A stretch of 62,993 nt of DNA, filler included, from Sphacelaria rigidula (GCA_964200075.2; 11 parts of 11 records of this genome joined end to end with filler, not necessarily neighbours in it); one strand, 5' to 3'; numbered from the whole stretch's first letter, positions 1 through 12,042 are shown. Notes: a model not told the origin generated them from the sequence alone. Made by a program: numbers and translations.

Positions 1-66
1 TGAAAGGGAATGATCGAAGCCACTCTCAATCGTATCATCTACTCTCAATCTCACAGAAACACTGTT

Positions 67-187
67 AAACGTGGAGGCTTGGCGAACAGATCTCGCCGCT
101 TCATTTTGGGAGGAGGTGCGAAGAAAAGTGCGGAAACGCCTAAAATTCGGACGATCTCCCGAACAACTGTGTCGATAATAACGGCCC
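67..187. mobile_element. End of a PIF/Harbinger-like non-autonomous DNA element
   Basis: Homologous to 50822-50942; both end ...AACGGCCC followed by TTA. Confidence 0.5.
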
Positions 188-189
188 TT

Positions 190-587
190 AGAAATTGGGG
201 ATGGATCTTTTATTTGGCATGAGAAACCCGGAGAATTCAAATCTTCGTATCCACACCAAATCTTCGAAATACAGTTTCATTTCTTCACCTTCTGATAGCT
301 ATTGACAACTGCTACACGCCATATAAATTTGGATTCCGATCACCGAAATGTTGGGGGACTAGGTGAAAAACCGATTTTGGAAAATTTCGGGTGTCCGAAC
401 GGACGCCAAAATGGTTCCCATTTTTTCTTCACCTAAGACCCCAACATTTCGGTGTCGAAATCCAAACGTCTATGGCGTGTAGCAATCGTCAATAGCTATC
501 AGAAGGTGAAGAAATGGAACCGTATTTCGAAGAAATGGTGTGGATACGAAGATTTTAATTCTCCGGGTTTCTTATCCCCAATTTGTA
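190..587. mobile_element. Fold-back/MITE with long inverted arms
   Basis: 222-370 is the reverse complement of ~421-573 (e.g. ttcttcaccttctgatagctattgac / gtcaatagctatcagaaggtgaagaa); aaattggggat / atccccaattt at the outer ends. Confidence 0.8.
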
Positions 588-722
588 ACATCCTGTGTTG
601 AATGTAAAACTATCCTTCGCCACGAGCCACGAAACACACTAGTGTTGTAACCGATTAGGCAAAATGACAGATCAAGGTGGTGGGCCTGCTTCAGTAGTCG
701 GTAAACAGGGTGCTGGTGAACT

Positions 723-800
723 TGTCAAGATACCGATTGACTGCTGAACTAGTCAGCCAGCGCTGATTGATTGGCTCAGCAGTCAACCGGTATCTTGACA
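723..800. repeat. 78-bp loop-less imperfect palindrome centred on AGCGCT
   Basis: tgtcaagataccgattgactgctga...tcagcagtcaaccggtatcttgaca; 39+39 arms, centre 761/762. Confidence 0.9.
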
Positions 801-1389
801 TCGACCAAAATCGACGGGTTCGTCGCATGATCCGTAGTAACCTCACCCAAGGGTTGCCATCCCTGTAACCAATGCTGATAAGCTCAACTGGTCGACTCAC
901 CATACCTCGGCAACATCGAAGTCCTCAAGCTTTTCGACCGCACTCGGTGCTCGCATCGAAGAATATTTTGACTTGAAGAGGGATTCGAACCCCAGAACTT
1001 AGTTTCCGTGAATATTGAACTTGTTTCCGTTCAAATTTGCAATGATTTTTGTATGCGGGCCGAGTGCGAGCATTCAAAAATGTAGGGCGGGCATTCCGGG
1101 GTAGTTTTGTTCCAGCTTGTTCTCTCTTGGCGCAGGACTTATTGGCACCATGAAGTCGACGCTACATTGAACAATGTTTTCGTGAAATTGAGAGTTGAAG
1201 ATCCAAATGAGAGTGACATCTTTTTCCGACCAGCGTGACATCCACATTTTAAATCGTCACACGGCACAATGGTTTCTAGCATGATAATAGGCCCGTTGAC
1301 CCTTACAGCAGTAGACCTGATGAAATGTTCGCACACCGTGGTTGACAGTGATGACTACTCGATTTTAGCGTTGATAAATTAAAAAAAGA

Positions 1390-1565
1390 TGGTTTGTGGC
1401 AGGTGAGCAGTGAACCCAGCTCGTCCAGAACGTGTTTTTGTCGAAATCGGAGCCTGCCGCGACGATTCGAAGTCTGCCAACGCACACTTCGCCTAGGGGA
1501 AACTATGCACTATCCTCGCCCGAGGGTCTTGTGCGCCTTGGGTCGGGGTTAGTGTTAGTGTTAGT
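1390..1565 (+). repeat. Dispersed repeat containing degenerate (TTAGGG)n
   Basis: Homologous to 21810-21990, 35660-35850 and 49975-50086+51047-51150. Confidence 0.75.
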
Positions 1566-1720
1566 CTATAACATTCAATGATGTTCCCCATCAAACATTA
1601 TCCACAAAAATTTCTTCACGTCTTTTTCGATAGACCGCGAGGGTAGGTCACGTGGTGAATCGGTATCAGTTTTCACTTGAAGAAAGTATGCGTGATCCAA
1701 GTGGACTACCCCCACCGCGG

Positions 1721-1984
1721 CGGTCGCCCCGGTGGCTCAGTTGGTATAACCTCGGAATCTTCTGACGGTTGGGTCGTGGGTTCAAATCTCGGAGCGATCT
1801 GGGATTTTTTCTCACATCATGGCCAAGAGTAGATAGCGACTCTGTCGTGGGTACACAGGGTTCGACTTGATGGTCGACGACTGAAAAGGACTGCTGAACC
1901 CCTCTCGCTATAAAAAAAGGGAAGGCAAGCGCCGCAAAAGGAAGATAGAGTACCAAAAACAAATGGGACGACAACGCACACACC
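1721..1984 (+). mobile_element. tRNA-derived SINE, family 1 (internally deleted copy)
   Basis: Pol III A box TGGCTCAGTTGG and B box GGTTCAAATC, shared body, CA-rich tail; multiple copies in the window. Confidence 0.8.
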
Positions 1985-2007
1985 CGAATCACGGGCTAAG
2001 GGTGAAC

Positions 2008-2105
2008 CCCTTAGACCGCGAGGGTAGTCCATGTGAATCACGCATACCGTTTTCAAGTGACGTTGAAGCCGATTCAACCGATGAGCTACTCTCGTCGTCT
2101 AAGGG
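2008..2105. mobile_element. ~97-bp piggyBac-like MITE (another copy at 1630-1720)
   Basis: cccttagaccgcgag...ctcgtcgtctaaggg; same family as the TTAA-flanked copy at 50947-51043. Confidence 0.65.
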
Positions 2106-3480
2106 TCAAGGTCCAGCTCGAAACTTCCCTTGTTATGAGATTCGAAATGATTAACGGCCATCGTACACCTGCACCAGTCACCTGGCAAGAGCATGTCGTT
2201 TGTATGTGCACGCTTCCCGGGGCTTTGATGGAATCTGATCCTTCAGGAATTATCCTGGAGGAAGGGATGAACTTAGACAAGTTCAACTCTCAATTTCACA
2301 AAAACATTGTTTTTGAGCATATCAGAGAACCCGAGCAGCTCTTCTCTCTTTGCGAGTACTACCCTCCAATGGCTGTAGAGTATTCCGCCGTCCCCAACCT
2401 CCGACTCATGTTTACACTTTGTTCGTCGAAACGAGCCCATCACAGAGTCACTCAGTCAGCGCTCACTGAGTAGCTCAGAGATGAAGTTCGTTCTGACGAA
2501 CACAAGGAGTGTTTCGAAATCGGTTCTCGGCGCGATCACTTCTTCTTTCACATTGTCGTGGAAAGATGTCAAAGCGTCCACGCCCACCGTGATCACGTCG
2601 GCATCGTTGGCGAGGAGCAACCCGCAAAAGGTGCCGAGAGATACGAACGCGCACTTCTTTTGTTCGTCAGAACAAACTCCACCACTGAGCCACTCAGTCA
2701 GTGCTGACTGATGCTGACTGAGTGACTCAGTGGTGGAGTTCGTTCTGACGAGCAAAGTGTAAATACGAGTCGGAGGTTGGGGACGGTGGAATACTCTACA
2801 GCCATTGGAGGTGGTGCTGGCAAAGACAGACGAGCTGCTCGGGTTCTCTATTTATGCTAAATGTAGCGTTGACTTCATGATGCCATCAAGTCCTGCGCCA
2901 AGAGAGAACAAGCTAAACAAAAATATCCCGGAATGTCTGCACTATATATTTGAATGCCCGCACTTGGCCCGCATTCAAACAACATTGCAAATTTGAACCA
3001 AAACATCATTGCTCGATCGTGGGGAAAGTCACCATATGATAAAACGATGCACTGGTCGCACATGACACAAGCAGTATGTTCACCGGAGAACAGCTCCTTC
3101 CGGCCACCGGACAATTTAGCTATGCGAATACCGATATTCCGTTGATACGCCCTCAAAACGGCTACCTCGCAGCCTAGGTTCTGTGTTCACTGTGAGTAAA
3201 AGCATACGTGGACATGGTGGTGCACTCACTTCCACATCATGAGCATTTGGGAGGATACAGTGCTGGCAAACAGACATGGATCAGTATTGGCACACCATCT
3301 GGATAATGACAAACTGTAGAAAAATAATTCCTTTATCGCATGTAGTAGATGCTCACCGGGGAGTCACAGCCGTACGCGCACTGTTGTCGCTGCAAGGCAC
3401 TGAAACTTCGGTCTCATGTCACGTGAACCACAATCAAGCTGGAGTGTTCCAATCAGCTACGTAATGCGAGATAATCATCT

Positions 3481-3696
<216 letters not shown>

Positions 3697-5636
3697 CTTT
3701 CTTCTCTCCTCTCTGTGGCTGTTGCTTCTCAGTTGTGTATTTTCTGTTCCTTCCCTTGTTTCTTATACTGCTCATTTTTTGCTGCTCCTAACCACGGGCT
3801 GAATTGTTGCAATCAGCTAGTGTGAGACAACCAAAAAGCCCATGTGTCTGGATCAAGGGTTAGGCGTTGCAGCAGTGCGCGACGGAATGACAAGAGCTCG
3901 GATCTTGTTCCGAAAAAAACGATTTTTGATTTTGGCGCAGGACTGAATGTTGTAGGTCATCGAGGGTGTTCCGAACGGAGGTCTGGCGTCAAAGGGGTAA
4001 TGTCGACCACATGGCACAAATATTGTACTAATGAACCAAAATCGTAGTCTAGAGTTGCGTGCTGTACAGTAGCACTGAAGAAGGCCACAAGTATCTCTCT
4101 CGCTTGTTCCTTCAACAACAAGCGACGAACGACAAGCTGCCTCTTGCGATCGGCTGAGTCGCGGACTCAGGGCCTGAAGACTCCCCACCATCGCAGAAGT
4201 GAGGCAGAAAAAGATCCGATTAGCTAACGTGTATTGACATGCAGACATGCTGTTTTCGTTTACAGCATCTTTCCGGCGAATATGATCGATTTCGGTTCCT
4301 CGACCGAAAAGCAGGGGACAGGGGATGTGGTGCCGGAACTGAGAATTATTATACGGTATACGATCGGTCGGCGTGAGCTTTTACCTGGATATGATACTCA
4401 AGTTATCACTGGCTCGAGGAAATCAAGCGGCCTGCCACTACAGAGATATTGGTTGTCGTCGGCACAAGCCATGCCTGAACGCAGGTATCTGGATCTAGAG
4501 CCCGAGAAGGGCGTCATTGTATTCCTTCCAACCGCATGACGTCTATTAATAGTGCTCCAAGCGTTGGTTTGTTCCTTGAAACGGTGTTTGAATATCTAAC
4601 GATGACACGGTGACCGTGCTGGGGGATGATTCGGCGGTCTGGTGAACGTATTCAGTACTCTTGTCTTCCATGGCTGGGCACGGTTATGGGACGCCTCAGG
4701 GACAAGATCATTTTTGGCGAGTTGGAGTGCAATCGTGTGGGGAATTTCATGCAACCAGTACCAGTATCCTGGCATGGTGCCGTAGTCGCCGTAGGTTGTC
4801 GTATCTTGCCAAAACAAGACGTCACCGCGCCGAAAACAAAGAAAAGCTTCCGCTGTACCTGATCAATCTGGTCCGGGGAGCAGAGTGCGCTACCGTGAGG
4901 GCTCTGACGACGTTTTTCTATAAGCTTTTCGGAAAACCATGCCCCGTCGTATGGGCAACATGACGTGTCTCTTTTTATTCGCGACGTCGTCATCTATGCC
5001 CATGGTATTTTATTTGCTTCGTATCCTTTGTTATCTTGCCCTCACGGTTTTGACGCGAAGCCATCCAACATTCGGAAGCCTAAGCGGATGCTCTAGGTTC
5101 GAACAAAATATTATTCCCCGTAGGCGCTCATCGGTGGGTACATTGTGACGAAAAATCACCAGCGAACGTCAACTTGCGTCGTCGCTGGTGTGCCCTTCCT
5201 CACAGTTGGCCATGCGTTGTAAGTACTCGGCACTGTTTCGCGATGCCGCCGCCCCCTTCCGGTAGTTGTTATTTCCATGTTGTTTAATGCATACCCCCTA
5301 TAGCATGCATGATCATCAGTACACCTTCGGGTCTCACTCTGACTCCGATGTTAAGCTCTGAATCTCACGAATATAGTGTTGATAGTTGGCTCGGAAGGTC
5401 TCTCCCATCATGGAGCTTATGGCGAGTTGATGCCATCTTGCAGCACGTCCAATGTGTCCTTGCCTGGGCATGTCAGGTGTGAGTGTGCCTATGCGGCGCA
5501 ACGGTCTATCGTAATTCAACTGCATTTTGTGAAACGAAACGTCTCCAGACACTCTACAGCACCAAGAATTGGAACGTACTCGGTATTCAATGCAGTACAA
5601 TAACATTATCGCCAAAAGTGCACCAATCGAGCAGCG

Positions 5637-5736
5637 NNNNNNNNNNNNNNNNNNNNNNNNNNNNNNNNNNNNNNNNNNNNTTAATTAATTAANNNNNNNN
5701 NNNNNNNNNNNNNNNNNNNNNNNNNNNNNNNNNNNN
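5637..5736. other. Artificial contig spacer, first of ten (others: 11373-11472, 17109-17208, 22845-22944, 28581-28680, 34317-34416, 40053-40152, 45789-45888, 51524-51623, 57259-57358)
   Basis: Identical 44N+TTAATTAATTAA+44N block (stops in all six frames) separating segments of 5636/5635 bp. Confidence 0.99.
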
Positions 5737-5800
5737 CTCGAACAGGATGCGTGGTCAATGGTCACACGACCAAGGCAAGCAACAAATATTCCCCCCCCCC
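5737..5800. repeat. Poly-C/G-associated dispersed repeat end
   Basis: ctcgaa..ggatgcgtggtcaatggtca.acgac.aaggcaagcaa recurs at 17028-17100 and, reverse-complemented, at 44065-44130, 45630-45690 and 46000-46070. Confidence 0.75.
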
Positions 5801-5850
5801 CACGCACCCTCCCCTTCACCTACCCGGCTACGTGACACAAAAAAAAACAG

Positions 5851-6024
5851 GGCGAATTCCCGTCGCGATGCAACATGGGCATGGTCGCTTTGGATAAGGT
5901 GGACAAGCCCGAGGACATGGAGTTGTTGCGAGAGTTTATTTCCGAGCACCACAAGCACACGGATTCCTCCGTGGCGAAGGCGTTGCTCGACGACTTCGGC
6001 ACATCTGTAACTAAGTTCGTGAAG
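5851..6024 (+). CDS. gltB: Glutamate synthase large subunit (GltB-like), penultimate exon
   Basis: AG|GEFPSRCNMGMVALDKV...LREFISEHHKHTDSSVAKALLDDF...KFVK|GTAAAC; matches the C-terminal region of GOGAT; 174 nt, phase 0. Confidence 0.9.
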
Positions 6025-6468
6025 GTAAACAGGGTGTGGGAGTGGGGGGGCAGGATCTGATCCTCGTCGGATTCTGCTTGAGTTTTTTCTCTCCTGCTGG
6101 TCTAAACCGTGTTTGCTATACACAGGAACGTACACAGGCACGCATGCATGCACGGTGCTGTTTTTTTTTTGCAAGACCACGCCACGTGGCGAACTATGGG
6201 CGTCTTGTTTCGGACTTGTAGCGCGTTCTTTCCGACTGAGCTGTCGATTGCATCAGGTTGCTTGCCAAAAGAGTCTGTTGCGACGAACCGACGGTCGGGT
6301 TCCCCGCGTCTCTTTTTTTCGCGTTCCCACCTTCATCTATTTCTCCCGCGTCTCGAATACCATGATCGCCTCTCCGTATTGGTATGCACATGATTCTCCC
6401 TCTCTCTCTTCATCTGATGGTGCAATTCCCTCTCGTCCTCCCTCGCTATCTGATGCGGAACTGCGTAG

Positions 6469-6573
6469 GTTATGCCGCACGACTACAAGCGAGTACTGCA
6501 GGAGATGGCTGACGCGAAGGCGGCGGGAATAGACTGGGACGAGGATGAAGAGGGGAAGTCGATGGTGGCTTGA
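6469..6573 (+). CDS. gltB: Glutamate synthase large subunit, terminal exon
   Basis: TAG|VMPHDYKRVLQEMADAKAAGIDWDEDEEGKSMVA*; joins in frame to complete the conserved KFVKVMPxDYKRVL motif. Confidence 0.88.
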   Translation, partial: VMPHDYKRVLQEMADAKAAGIDWDEDEEGKSMVA

Positions 6574-9247
6574 TTCGAGAACGTTGACTGACCTCTTGAT
6601 GGCATTATTTTCTCCAAATTTCGGGGGATTCGCCGATTCGCCATGTGCTGGTGAATGACCCAAGTGACGAGATAAAAGGACCGGAACAGGCTTCGTTTGT
6701 ATGTAATTCGAAGTATACCATCTACACGGCCAACACAGAGTTTCTGCATACCCTTTTGTTTTTTGTTGTTGTTGTCCATATTTTCTTTTCCGTGTTTTTA
6801 GTTTTTTCGGGAGGGTTCGTGTGTGCGTGTTTTGTACGTGTGTGCGTTTCTCTGTATTGATGTGTACTCTGTTCATGTGTGCTGTTTTGTGGTACGCAAG
6901 TCGAGTCTCCTTTTTTTTTTCCCCCTCTGATATGTCGTTGTTTCGTCTAGTGCGAGTTATTTTTCATCACACTTTCCTGTGCTCCCAAGCCGTAACGACC
7001 GATAGTAACCTCCAAAGATTTTTTTTTGCTGTCGTCACGCGTTGAGTTCCATTCCCAACGCGACAAGCGACGGGGAAGGGAGAGAGAGGGGGAGGGGAGA
7101 GGTGTTCTAGGGGTGCGAAAATAATCGGAAATTTCGAGAAATAAAAATGAAGAATAAAAAAATCCAAATCTCTGACCGGTAAGGCAGTATACCCGGCAAT
7201 TTCGTTTTTTGGTGCACCTGTGTTGCCTATGTGGCACGTGACGACCAGTTTGACGCTGTCGCTGTGTGTGCGCGTGTACTTCCCCATCCGTCATACTGGG
7301 GCGCTGTTTTTTTTTCTTGTGCAGTTTTTAGTTTGACGCGTCATATCGAGGGTTGTGGCGGAGATCTGTTTACAAGAGAGTGTTACATTTTTGGTGCGGC
7401 GCGCAGTTTGCATGCGTTAGAGAAAGCCGGATTATTTTTGATGATTTTCATATATTACGAGGTGGAAAAAAAGGGAGGAGACGAAGGAGGAAGAGCGTGG
7501 AAGACTGGTCGCGAAATGCGATACCTTTTGCCTTCTCCCCGCGACTTCTATCACCCCTCCCGAGAACGAAAGAATGGACACGACATGCGGCAACACTCTC
7601 AATGTGATTTCGGATTGGAGCGCGGTGTTCAGCGCTCTCGAAAATCACGAGCGTCTCCGCGGAGACGTGGCGCCCCACGTCTTGGATCATGCCGAGAATG
7701 ATTGACGCCCGACCTGAACACAAGTATCAATAGCGATATAGGGCAGACTATATGATGGTGTTCGAAAAAAAACAAACCAAAAGCGAGACAGAATACACAC
7801 ACACAAAAACACACACCAGAATGAAAAAAATACGACATATAGAGCCATGCCTGTTATCGTCAGCCGCCCCTGGGGATTATGTTGCAATGCTTGCCCACCA
7901 GTAGGGGGGATGAAAGTAAGAAAAGCAATTGATTGAGTTGACCGGATGATGCAGCTCGTACCTGCTAGTTTTGGGCTTGGCGTCAAAGGAAGGGGGTGGC
8001 GGAGTCGAAGAGGTTTGAGACTTGTGACCTCATGACTTTTTTTTGTTTTGTCAAGGAATCAGCTTGTCTTGGATGTCGTGTGGATGCTGTGACAATGATG
8101 GAGCACATTCCTCAACATTCGGGAGCTACAGGTACCGTAGCAGTGCGGAGGGTGGGAGGGGTTATGTACAAGTGTTGGTTGTGATGGATCAGTTTTGTCT
8201 TAGCGTGCAGTCTATTTTTCTCTTCGCATGCTTTTGCATGAAAGAGGGGGGGGGGAGGGGGGGAAGGGTTCTCTTTTACAAAGGTGAAGCCCTTTCTTAC
8301 TTTTACGAGCCTTTCAGTCACCTCGTATTGGCAGCGGTGTTTTGGAGTAGATGAGAAGGCGCTTGTTTGTGTGCAACCAACTGCTGCTGCTATTAATACT
8401 GAGTATCACACAAATAATGTTTCGGTACTTTTTTTCTTTTTCATGTCGAAGTCATCACTCAGATTGCCATGATATTGCACAAAACCTCTCTGTCAGTGAC
8501 ACAACCCAACACGCTAGTAGTGTTTATGCTCTGTTCGCTCCCTAAAGAACAGTTTCCCCCCGTATTCTTGTCACGCAAGTGATGTGTGACACGACTTATG
8601 TCACACGACGAGGGCGAGATTTACTCATGTTTTGAGGTTCCGGAAATGGCTGACAGACATGCGTGCCAGCAGTGATGCATGAATTTTCCGAGGCTGTGTC
8701 GTGAGGGTATACCCAGATGTGGGAGATTCTTGCTTGGCTTACTATACCATACCGGATTATGTGCCGGAGATCCCGGCCTTGTTCGTCAGAATGTCGAGCC
8801 CTGTTCCGAACACTCAAGCATGGTTCGGAAGGGCATCTACCGATAACTCATCCCCTTTTCATTCGTGTGCGTGCAAATGTCCTAGTTTTTGCGGTATGAA
8901 TTGCAAAACACAACCAACTTTGGATCTGTTCACATCAAAAAGGGTCCGGCGAGTCAACACCACTACCGTGACTTTGTCATTGCATAATTTTTCCATGCCC
9001 GACAAGCGTTTACTACTACTTACAGACCCATAACCAAGATTCCTGGGTCCTCACCCGTTGTCACAGCTCTTGATGTCGCATTCCTGGGGACAATTTTGTC
9101 CGTGCGTACCCTATCTGGAGGACTTGCTCGCCGCTTGTAAAGATGTGCGCCTCAGGATTAAAGGCATTTTGATCGTCACAAACAACAGGGCACAATAGTA
9201 AAAGTAGGGACCACAAGTTTTTTTTTCAGAAACTAACGAAAGCAACA

Positions 9248-9562
9248 CACACGGCCATTTGGCTACAACCCAAAATGCCTCCGGATGGATGCGCGGCCCT
9301 CGAGGGGCAGAACAAGCCTCCGGAGGCCTTCCATCCCTCCGGAGGAAACCAAACTCTACCGACCCGGAGGGCCGCGCCCCCCTCCGGAGGAATTTGAGGG
9401 TATGCGCGGTCCTCCAGAGGCAAGAATAAGCCTCCAGAGGCGTTCAATCCCTCTGGAACAACGAGGACCGCGCACCCCTCCGGGGGCGTTTAATTCCTCT
9501 GGAGGCTCGAAAAGAGTACCCACCTGGAGGAATTTTGGAGGTAGCCAAATAGCCGCGTGTTT
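9248..9562. mobile_element. MITE with internal ccctccggagg repeats
   Basis: TIRs acacacggccatttggctac / gtagccaaatagccgcgtgt; related end at ~38777. Confidence 0.7.
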
Positions 9563-9884
9563 TTGCGTGCATCTTGGAGTGCCGGACACTCTCCCTTTGT
9601 GCTCCTGCTGCACAGGATAGAGTTGGCTACTACACGAGGCCTCGCCTTGCCAACACCTTTACACTAATGCTAGACAAAAACGAAGTGAAGAGAACGAACA
9701 ACAAAGGATCAAAATGTTGTCTGGGGTCAGCACGACAACAGAGCGCGGCACGAGTATATTCCGCAGGTAGGGAAGTCAGGAACGCATGGATTAGAGACAA
9801 ATCGGACCGTAATGCCTGGGTACGAAATCGTGACGGCACGGGGCATGGCAAACGGTGGTGCAACGCACAGAATACATCACCAAC

Positions 9885-10625
9885 ATATGTGTATGTGTTG
9901 CCATCTCCGCTGGTCTGGACGCCCGTCTACACCTTGTTCGTAGGATGGCCTGGGGTAGCAAATAGAATAATACACCTAATCAGGGTAAGGTACAACAGTC
10001 TCGTGATATACCTGTTTGAGTTCCAGGTACTACGCGGGATGACTTTATATTGTGATGTTAGTGACTAGACATACGTGAGTGGTGCTTGTCGCATCTTGGT
10101 ACCTTGGCCCCCATTGGGTCCACTCCCCTTATTTCCCTCTTCATCAACAAAGCTTTGTATACACTTCTACCTCATCTTGATCGGCAGTCAGCCGGGTCCA
10201 TTGATCGACTATCGCAGTCGTGTCCATTGATCGACTATCTGAGTCGAGTCTGCACCCCATGCTCTCACGGGATCATGAAGCTACAAACACTCAAACACAC
10301 CTTTCGGTGTATGTGGGTGCATCGGCCGGGGTCATACAGTAGGAGGAGGAAGGTTAACACAAGACTGTGTTCTTATTTTGATTAAGCAATCCACCTTCCT
10401 TCCGTGATGCTTACCTTATTGTTTATCGCGAGAAGAGGGGTTTAGCAATTCCTTCCCCTCGTCGACCGCAAAGCCTCATTTTTGTGTGCCCACGACATAG
10501 ACGCTCTTCACTGTTAGGCATTATGTGAGGAAAAATCCCACATCGCGTGACTTCACCGAGCTTCGAACCCACGACTTAACCGTCAGAAGATTTCGGGTTA
10601 CCACCTGAGCCACCGTGGCGATCGG
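9885..10625 (-). mobile_element. tRNA-derived SINE, family 1, split by a solo LTR
   Basis: tRNA-like head at ~10550-10625; 3' part at 9885-9934 is continuous with 10298 onwards. Confidence 0.75.
9935..10297. mobile_element. Solo LTR (363 bp)
   Basis: TGTT...AACA termini flanked by a 5-bp target-site duplication CACCT (9930-9934, 10298-10302). Confidence 0.8.
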
Positions 10626-10837
10626 CTCTTTTGAGCATGGGGGGGGGAAAATGTGTACGAGCTGGGCCAGCAGTAAATTCCGCGTTCGCTTTCCACACAA
10701 CAAGTTCCCAAGTTTTCCAACCTGAGCCACCGGGGCGATCGGCTCTTTTGAGCATGGGGGGGGGGAAAAGTGTACGAGCTGGGCCAGCGGTAAATTCCGC
10801 ATTCGCTTTCCACACAACGAGTTCCCAAGTTTTCCAA
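10603..10837. repeat. Tandem duplication, two ~117-bp units including the SINE 5' end
   Basis: acctgagccaccg.ggcgatcggctcttttgagcat...cccaagttttcca occurs twice. Confidence 0.9.
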
Positions 10838-10899
10838 ATCAGTGCGACTTGAGCATATCGCTGTGACAGACCAACGTGGTGACACACGGCACCGCCACT

Positions 10900-11177
10900 G
10901 AATGTGTGTGTGTTGTCGTCCCATCTATTCTGGACGCCAGTCTACACCTTTCGGTATATATATGTGGGCGCACCAGCCGGAGTCACACTGGAGGCAGATC
11001 AACACAAACGCTTCTTCTTTTTCATTTGTTTTTAGAATTTTGTGTACCCACGACACAGTCGCTCTCTACTGTTGTGCATGGTGTGAGAAAAGATTCCAGA
11101 TCGCTCCGAGAATTGAACCCACGATTCAACCGTCAGAAGGTTCCGAGGTTATCAACTGAGCTACCGGGGCGACCGGC
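10900..11177 (-). mobile_element. tRNA-derived SINE, family 1
   Basis: Reverse complement of the family head and tail; internal deletion. Confidence 0.8.
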
Positions 11178-11532
11178 TTGTTGAAGAAAAAATATGAAAA
11201 AATATACTGCATAATGTATGACCTTAACGACGGACGAAACAAAAGAGAACATGACGGGATTCGAACTCATGACCTCCATAATTGGAGTCTCCTGTATCAC
11301 TTGAACTAAAGGGGCGCGGCCGTGTCACACGAAAAGTGCGATGCCGCGCCCAATTCGAGGTATTTTTGGCCGNNNNNNNNNNNNNNNNNNNNNNNNNNNN
11401 NNNNNNNNNNNNNNNNTTAATTAATTAANNNNNNNNNNNNNNNNNNNNNNNNNNNNNNNNNNNNNNNNNNNNCGCCGGCGTTGCGTGGGGCGGGGTGGGC
11501 CCCGCATATGGCAGAGCTACGGCGTGGAGGGC

Positions 11533-11569
<37 letters not shown>

Positions 11570-11654
11570 GAGATTACCTCGCCGCCTCCTTGCAGAGGCA
11601 GGGGGGGGCAGGAGATTTTACGAAACCCAGTTCAACATCTCATCGATAATCGAG

Positions 11655-11890
11655 GCTCGGCGCCGACAACACCGCCGCCGTCGGTGGCGCCGACAGCAGC
11701 GCCGATAACGCCGACAGCCGCAGCGCCGACAACAACGCCGACAACGCCGACAGCCGCAGCGCCGACAGCACCGCCGTCAACGCCGACAGCCGCAGCGCCG
11801 ACAACAACGCTAGAACGGCCACCCGTATCGCCGGCACCGTATCCACCTACGGCATCACCAAGATTGTCGCCGACAACCGTCGCCACCCCC
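11655..11890. repeat. GCCGACA-rich minisatellite-like tract (reads as Pro/Thr/Ala in one frame)
   Basis: Repeated cgccgacaac/cgccgacagc; related motifs recur in both orientations at 12490-12700. Confidence 0.7.
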
Positions 11891-11914
11891 GAGCGCAACG
11901 ACGGGGGGGGCGGT

Positions 11915-12040
11915 GGAGCTCCCGATCTTCCAAGGATGGAGCTACACCGTCTTGCACTCGACGCCAAGTTATCTCTGCCTCCACAAATGAAAGGGCGCAC
12001 GCGCAGTGCAAGACGGCGTAGCTCCGCCCTTGGGAGTTCC
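11915..12040. mobile_element. Small MITE
   Basis: ccaaggatggagctacaccgtcttgcact / agtgcaagacggcgtagctccgcccttgg inverted arms. Confidence 0.65.
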
Positions 12041-12042
12041 CA

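Larger units (their letters stand above)
1170..2311. mobile_element. Non-autonomous TIR element (TIR AACARTGTTTTCGTGARATTGAGAGT) carrying nested repeats
   Basis: aacaatgttttcgtgaaattgagagttgaa / ttcaactctcaatttcacaaaaacattgtt; same TIR family at 1-66, 38578, 39928 and 49541-49834. Confidence 0.65.
1025..3000. mobile_element. Two inverted copies of one repeat (1025-1169 + 2312-2506 versus 2655-3000), left copy interrupted by a TIR element
   Basis: 1030-1168 is the reverse complement of 2860-3000; 2312-2506 is the reverse complement of 2655-2860. Confidence 0.75.

Noticed and set aside
1721..1800. tRNA genes (also 11100-11177, 18055-18125, 18362-18440, 27571-27650)
   Set aside because: A/B boxes are present but the cloverleaf is degenerate and each is fused to a shared repeat body, i.e. 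SINE heads
3843..5323. Complete solo LTR or retroelement coding region
   Set aside because: An LTR-like start exists at 5323 (-), but no matching TSD or convincing pol motif was found
5681..5692. Periodic TTAATTAATTAA every ~5.7 kb as a biological repeat
   Set aside because: Always embedded in 44N flanks; an assembly linker with stops in six frames
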